Source: Candidatus Uhrbacteria bacterium (GTDB taxonomy: Bacteria > Patescibacteriota > Patescibacteriia > UBA9934). Taken from it: a stretch of DNA of 64,000 nucleotides. The stretch lies in contig CALRHV010000001.1 of the NCBI GenBank assembly GCA_943359525.1, positions 7,181 to 71,180 on the forward strand. The letters run 5' to 3'. The position numbers were made by a program, and so were the translations under genes. Below are positions 59,309 to 64,000 of the stretch, one piece after another. How positions within the stretch are numbered: position 1 is the stretch's first letter; each line of letters begins with the position of its first letter. Below the pieces are notes generated by a model. The model was not told where the DNA came from. It saw nothing but the letters and a program-made list of their open reading frames with translations, and ran no database searches.

Positions 59309-60076
59309 ATGAGTATCTCCCTCCCCCAAACCGGAATGTGGGCGCTGTATGCCCGCGAAGTGAAACGTTTCCAAAAACTTTGGATGGACACCATCTTTAA
59401 CCCGATTGTTTCCATCGGACTGTATCTTGCAGTGTTTGGAGTCGTTGCTGGTGATCGCGTGATTCACGGCGTTCCGTACCTCGCGTTCATCTACATTGGA
59501 CTGCTCAGCATGAATCTGATCAACGCGAGTATTTCAAACCCCGCGTTCGCGCTCATCATCAGCAAAAATCTCGGAACGATCATCGACCTACAGCTTGCGC
59601 CAATTTCCCCATGGCGCGTTGGACTGGCTTACGCCCTTGCTGCTCTCACTCGCGGAGTCATCACGCTCTTCGTTGGAGTCCTGCTCACGGCGTGGTTCAT
59701 TCCGCTTGGAGGCATTGCTCACCCATTCCTGCTCCTCCTTGCGATTGCCTTAACCGGCATTCAATTCGGCATTGTTGGCGTTGCGTTCGGCATGTGGGCG
59801 AAGAATTTTGAGGCCCTCACATTCCTAACAACGTTCGTTCTACAACCGATGATCTTTCTTGCCGGCGTGTTCTACCCTATCGATAGTTTGCCATCGCCGT
59901 GGAACATCATCAGCCAGTTCAATCCCCTGCATCACAACGTAAATCTTCTCCGTTTCGCCGTTACCGATTACGCCGACGGCAATCCATGGAGATCGCTCAT
60001 TATCGTTATCACTCTTCTTGTCGCCGCAACCGTCGCGATGCATTACATCGTGAAGAAAAAACTTCGCGCGGAGTAA
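59309..60076 (+). CDS. ABC-2 family transporter permease
   Basis: Six TM helices, immediately downstream of ATPase. Confidence 0.8.
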   Translation: MSISLPQTGMWALYAREVKRFQKLWMDTIFNPIVSIGLYLAVFGVVAGDRVIHGVPYLAFIYIGLLSMNLINASISNPAFALIISKNLGTIIDLQLAPISPWRVGLAYALAALTRGVITLFVGVLLTAWFIPLGGIAHPFLLLLAIALTGIQFGIVGVAFGMWAKNFEALTFLTTFVLQPMIFLAGVFYPIDSLPSPWNIISQFNPLHHNVNLLRFAVTDYADGNPWRSLIIVITLLVAATVAMHYIVKKKLRAE

Positions 60077-60079
60077 TCT

Positions 60080-61354
60080 ATGCCATACGATATTTGTATT
60101 ATAGGCGCGAGCTTTTCTGGACTGACCCTCGCCCATCATCTTCCAAAAGAACTCAGCGTCCTCATCGTCGACGCGAAGCCGGAAGCAGGATCGACGGTTG
60201 AATCAACGGGACTTATTACCGTCAAAACTCGCGACGAATTCGCGACGTTTTTCCCGATCCATGATTTCATCACGAACCCTATTTCCGCGATTGCTGTCAT
60301 CGCGCCAGGACTCGAGGACATGTTCGTCTCAACTGTGCCCGAACCATGGATTTATCAGACAGATACCAAAGCGCTCGTGAAAGCGCTCGCCGATCGCTTG
60401 CCGCCGAATGTGACACTCCGAACGAAGACGGTATTCCTCGGAGTTAATAATACTGATCAGCCGACCAGGGTTCGTGTGCGATCGCTGGGCTCCGATGAAG
60501 AGGAGATCGATATTGCGTTCCTCGTTGGCGCCGACGGCGGGCATTCGAAAGTTGCGCAATGCGTGAATGGACTATCGAAAAATACGAAGTTTCTCTTCGG
60601 CTACGAACAAGTGTTCTTCGGAGATGTTTTGCGAGGCCCGAAACCGGAGGAAACGATCTTTCACTATTGGTTCGGCGAGTTCTCGCTTGGGTACGGCGGA
60701 TGGCTGTCGCCAACTATTGTTGATGGAAAGAAAGCATTCCGCATCGGGCTCGCAAAGATGATGAAAGATCGCGGGGATGCAAAACAGCTCACGGAAACAT
60801 TCGTCAAGCAGCTTGTTGATCGCGGCGATATTCGGATTGATGGTGATGTTACGAAACCTGGATATGTATTTGGAAGTCATATTCCCATCGGCGGAACGCG
60901 TTCAAAGATTTCGAAAAACAACGTGCTCCTCATTGGTGACGCCGCCGGATTCTGCGGAGCGTTTGCAGCCGACGGTATTAAGGGATCGGTGATTTCGGGA
61001 AAGGAAGCCGCAATTCTCATTCCACAGTTTCTTCGAGGAAAAACTGATGCGCTCGATCAACTTCACACACGAATGAACACCCACGGCGGCATCATGAGCT
61101 ACTACCGCCGGCAAATGCTGTATCGATTCATTTGGAGCGTGATGCAAAGGAACCGAACATTCCGCGCAATGTACGACATTATCGCCGTAGAACACGCAAC
61201 GTTCCTGGATCAATTTTGTGATAGTAAAGACAAGCACCGCAGCCTCGCGTGGACGGTGTTAAAGTGGAGGCATACGGCGAAGCTGATACGGTACTCGGCG
61301 TATTGGGCGTACGATGCGGTGTTATGGTTATTACAGAAGACAAAACTGAACTGA
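60080..61354 (+). CDS. FAD-dependent oxidoreductase, geranylgeranyl reductase-like family
   Basis: N-terminal MPYDICIIGASFSGLTLA Rossmann motif, …LIGDAAGF… motif. Confidence 0.75.
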   Translation: MPYDICIIGASFSGLTLAHHLPKELSVLIVDAKPEAGSTVESTGLITVKTRDEFATFFPIHDFITNPISAIAVIAPGLEDMFVSTVPEPWIYQTDTKALVKALADRLPPNVTLRTKTVFLGVNNTDQPTRVRVRSLGSDEEEIDIAFLVGADGGHSKVAQCVNGLSKNTKFLFGYEQVFFGDVLRGPKPEETIFHYWFGEFSLGYGGWLSPTIVDGKKAFRIGLAKMMKDRGDAKQLTETFVKQLVDRGDIRIDGDVTKPGYVFGSHIPIGGTRSKISKNNVLLIGDAAGFCGAFAADGIKGSVISGKEAAILIPQFLRGKTDALDQLHTRMNTHGGIMSYYRRQMLYRFIWSVMQRNRTFRAMYDIIAVEHATFLDQFCDSKDKHRSLAWTVLKWRHTAKLIRYSAYWAYDAVLWLLQKTKLN

Positions 61355-61399
61355 TCCTTTGAGGATTGGAATGGAGAAATGCAGTGCGATATGTGTGAC

Positions 61400-61640
61400 T
61401 TGCCCAGCTTGGGTGTGCAATTTTGCATTTCTCGAGTGTAAAGACCTCTTTACATTCCTTTTGCAACTTTTATTGGGCTTTTCGATCGAAGAAGTGTAAA
61501 CTCCTCTTTACACTCCTGGATTGTGAAATTGAACACCCCAAGCCACCGATAATACCACCGTCTCGTCGCCACAACCCCATTAAAAGATCAAGATCACTCC
61601 CCTCCCAACCCATTCCAAGATTCAGTTCACTTCATATTCC
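61400..61640. repeat. Repeat family copy 4 (approximate), boxes gtgtaaagacctctttacat / gtgtaaactcctctttacac, directly upstream of second XRE gene
   Basis: Shares aattttgcat…ctcga.gtg head, attgggctttt/tttgcaa core words and ccctccaa…agattcagttca tail with other copies. Confidence 0.7.
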
Positions 61641-61641
61641 T

Positions 61642-61857
61642 ATGCCCCTCCGATATATCTCTCGACTGAACTTCTATCGATCCTCCGATCGGATCTCCCA
61701 GCTCGCTCTCTCAAAGGCGCTCGGAGTCTCCCGTCAAACACTTTCTGCATTGGAATCTGGAAAAACCCAGCCAACATTGCTCATTGCTCATAAAATCGCC
61801 GCATACTTCGCGATTCCGATCGAGGATATCTTCTCCTTTAAGGATCTCAAATCCTAA
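61642..61857 (+). CDS. XRE-family HTH transcriptional regulator, 71 aa (paralogue of 49375..49590)
   Basis: MPLRYISRLNFYRSSDRISQLALSKALGVSRQTLSALESGKTQPTLLIAHKIAAYFAIPIEDIFSFKDLKS aligns gap-free with the other copy. Confidence 0.8.
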   Translation: MPLRYISRLNFYRSSDRISQLALSKALGVSRQTLSALESGKTQPTLLIAHKIAAYFAIPIEDIFSFKDLKS

Positions 61858-61948
61858 ACACTATCCCCGTCATTCCTTGACCCCAATCCCAAAAACTGGC
61901 ATACTTTGGCCAAGTTTTGGGGCATTGCCCCTTTTGATTTTCGCCAGT

Positions 61949-63748
61949 ATGGAATTTCGCAACATCGCAATTATCGCTCACGTTGACCACGGCAAGACCA
62001 CCTTGGTCGACGCCATGCTCAAGCAGTCCGGAACCTTCACGGATCGCGATGTTATCCAGGACTGTGTCATGGATAGCAATGAATTGGAGCGCGAACGCGG
62101 CATCACCATTTATGCCAAGAACACCGCGATCATGGTGGACGGCATCAAAATCAACATCGTGGACACCCCAGGCCACGCCGACTTTGGAAGCGAGGTTGAG
62201 CGCGTGCTCCGCATGGTGGACTCGGTGCTTATTCTCGTCGATGCGTACGAAGGCCCAATGCCACAAACGAAGTTCGTGCTCCGCAAGAGTCTCGCGCTCG
62301 GCTTGAAGCCAATCGTCGTTATTAACAAAATCGACAAACCAACCGCACGCCCAGATCACGTGCTGAACATGATTTTCGACCTTTTCGTGGAACTTGGCGC
62401 AACCGATGCACAGCTCGACTTTAAGCACATCTACACTATTGGTCGTGACGGCGTTGCAAAAATGGAACTTTCCGACGAAAGCAAGGATCTTCGTCCCCTC
62501 TTCGACCTCATTTTGAAGACGGTTCCCCCAGCGCAGAGCAACACCACAGCGCCAATGCGCATGCAGGTTGCAAACTTGAAGTACGACAACTACGTCGGTC
62601 GTATCGGTGTAGGTCGTATTGTTGAAGGAATCATCAAAAGCGGAATGAGTGTCACTGTTATTAAACAAGACGGTACCCGCGAAACACAAAAAGTCACCAA
62701 GCTCTACACGCACAAAGGCTTACAGAAAGTAGAGGTTGAGACTGCTGAAGCCGGAGACATTGTGCAGGTTGCTGGTATCCCAAATATCTACGTAGGTGAA
62801 ACCATCGCGGAAAAAGCAGATGCAGAAGCATTGCCAACACTTTCCATTGACGCACCAACGCTTGCCATGAACTTCATGGTGAACGATTCCCCATTCGCTG
62901 GCCGCGAAGGAACGCTTGTGACATCGCGTCAGATTCGTGACCGTTTGGAACGCGAGCTTGAAGTAAACGTTGGCTTGCACGTGGAATTCCCAAGCGCTGG
63001 AGACGATTTCAAAGTCTCTGGTCGTGGTGAAATGCACCTTTCTGTTCTTATCGAACAAATGCGCCGTGAAGGGTTCGAACTGCAGGTTTCCCAGCCAGAA
63101 GTTATTATGCGCGAGGAAAATGGCGTAAAAATGGAACCAATGGAAGCCATCATCGTCGACGTCCCAGATGAATACTCTGGAACCGTCATTGAAAAGCTCG
63201 GCAAGCGCAAAGGCGAAATGACGAATCTCATGAGCGAAAATGGTTCAACACGACTGGAGTACGTCATGCCAACACGTGGATTGCTCGGCTACCGCACAGA
63301 GTTCATGACCGATACGAAAGGCGAAGGAACACTTTCCCACATCTTCTCGCACTACGCCGCACACAAAGGCGAAATCAATCGCCGTTCTACAGGAAGCATC
63401 ATTTCTGGATTCCCTGGAACCACCACTCCATACGCTCTTGCAATGGTTCAGGAACGCGGCCCACTGTTCGTCGCCCCTGGAACGGAAGTGTACGAAGGCA
63501 TGGTGATTGGTGCATCCATGAAAGAGACAATGACCGTGAACCCAGTGCGTGAAAAGAAACTCACCAACATGCGTGCATCGAGCGCCGACCACATCGTCGT
63601 TATGGTTCCGCCAATCGACATGAACCTTGAACGCTCCCTGGAATACATCGACCGCGACGAATACGTTGAAGTCACCCCAAAGAACGTCCGCATCCGCAAA
63701 CAACACCTCACCGAACACGGCCGAAAGAAAGCTGGAAACACGGCGTAA
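61949..63748 (+). CDS. typA: Translational GTPase TypA/BipA
   Basis: [24 protein letters not shown]…, [13 protein letters not shown]; about 599 aa. Confidence 0.95.
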   Translation: MEFRNIAIIAHVDHGKTTLVDAMLKQSGTFTDRDVIQDCVMDSNELERERGITIYAKNTAIMVDGIKINIVDTPGHADFGSEVERVLRMVDSVLILVDAYEGPMPQTKFVLRKSLALGLKPIVVINKIDKPTARPDHVLNMIFDLFVELGATDAQLDFKHIYTIGRDGVAKMELSDESKDLRPLFDLILKTVPPAQSNTTAPMRMQVANLKYDNYVGRIGVGRIVEGIIKSGMSVTVIKQDGTRETQKVTKLYTHKGLQKVEVETAEAGDIVQVAGIPNIYVGETIAEKADAEALPTLSIDAPTLAMNFMVNDSPFAGREGTLVTSRQIRDRLERELEVNVGLHVEFPSAGDDFKVSGRGEMHLSVLIEQMRREGFELQVSQPEVIMREENGVKMEPMEAIIVDVPDEYSGTVIEKLGKRKGEMTNLMSENGSTRLEYVMPTRGLLGYRTEFMTDTKGEGTLSHIFSHYAAHKGEINRRSTGSIISGFPGTTTPYALAMVQERGPLFVAPGTEVYEGMVIGASMKETMTVNPVREKKLTNMRASSADHIVVMVPPIDMNLERSLEYIDRDEYVEVTPKNVRIRKQHLTEHGRKKAGNTA

Positions 63749-63756
63749 TTCACACA

Positions 63757-63792
63757 AAAAAACCGGACTCATCATGAGTCCGGTTTTTTTAC
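63757..63792. terminator. Bidirectional Rho-independent terminator (typA / sigma convergent)
   Basis: aaaaaaaccggactcat-catg-agtccggttttttt. Confidence 0.85.
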
Positions 63793-63802
63793 TTATCGAT
63801 CG

Positions 63803-64000
63803 TTAGTAATCCCTCAACTTCTGAATAATATCCTTCTGCTGAATTTTTTCGAGTGCCTTTGCTTCAATCTGACGAATGCGTTCGCGGGTGACGTCGAATT
63901 CGCGACCAACTTCTTCCAAGGTGTGTGAGACGCCGTCTTCAAGGCCGAAACGCATTTCGAGAATCTTCTGTTCGCGAGGGGTGAGATCACGCATTGCCTC
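63803..64000 (-). CDS. RNA polymerase sigma-70 family factor (RpoD/SigA-like), C-terminal region 4 only; gene continues beyond window end
   Basis: …[48 protein letters not shown]… is the region 4.2 HTH. Confidence 0.85.
   Translation of the reverse strand, partial: EAMRDLTPREQKILEMRFGLEDGVSHTLEEVGREFDVTRERIRQIEAKALEKIQQKDIIQKLRDY

Overview
Gene-dense bacterial chromosomal segment of about 50% GC that uses the standard genetic code (TGA and TAA stops give full-length housekeeping proteins). The gene content resembles a small-genome or CPR-like bacterium, though this is inference only. The left third is a long minus-strand housekeeping stretch. It runs mrdA(partial)-mreD-mreC-mreB, a DciA-like/UvrD-nuclease pair, two complex-I antiporter-like membrane proteins, a complete F1Fo ATP synthase operon (atpI-like, B, E, F, H, A, G, D, C), tatD, cvpA, metG, rsmI and a DUF3179 protein. 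Downstream come prx, pepA, proS, msrB, two ABC-F ATPases, greA, a two-component system, trhO, engB, typA and the 3' end of an rpoD-like sigma gene. Interspersed are several accessory or unusual loci. (1) A four-copy family of repeat elements of about 200-250 bp, each containing two copy-specific palindromic boxes around a conserved core; two copies sit directly upstream of paralogous 71-aa XRE-type HTH genes. (2) A RelE/ParE-RHH toxin-antitoxin cassette inserted after the peroxiredoxin gene and flanked by a diverged direct repeat of about 95 bp copying the prx 3' end. (3) An accessory operon encoding a small acidic protein, a 1164-aa protein with no recognisable domains and an 841-aa HAD-domain multidomain protein, next to a GC-rich gene with a histone-H1-like Lys/Ala tail. 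(4) A GC-rich region of about 0.9 kb with no ORFs and many hairpins between proS and msrB, possibly a structured RNA. (5) A tRNA-Asn island containing RhuM and a GT4 glycosyltransferase, bracketed by inverted paralogous secreted Ig-like proteins that share a C-terminal module with an M23 peptidase. (6) A SET-domain protein next to one of the XRE regulators. Coordinates of internal start sites were derived mostly by arithmetic from the supplied ORF track; features marked as approximate may be off by a few nt.
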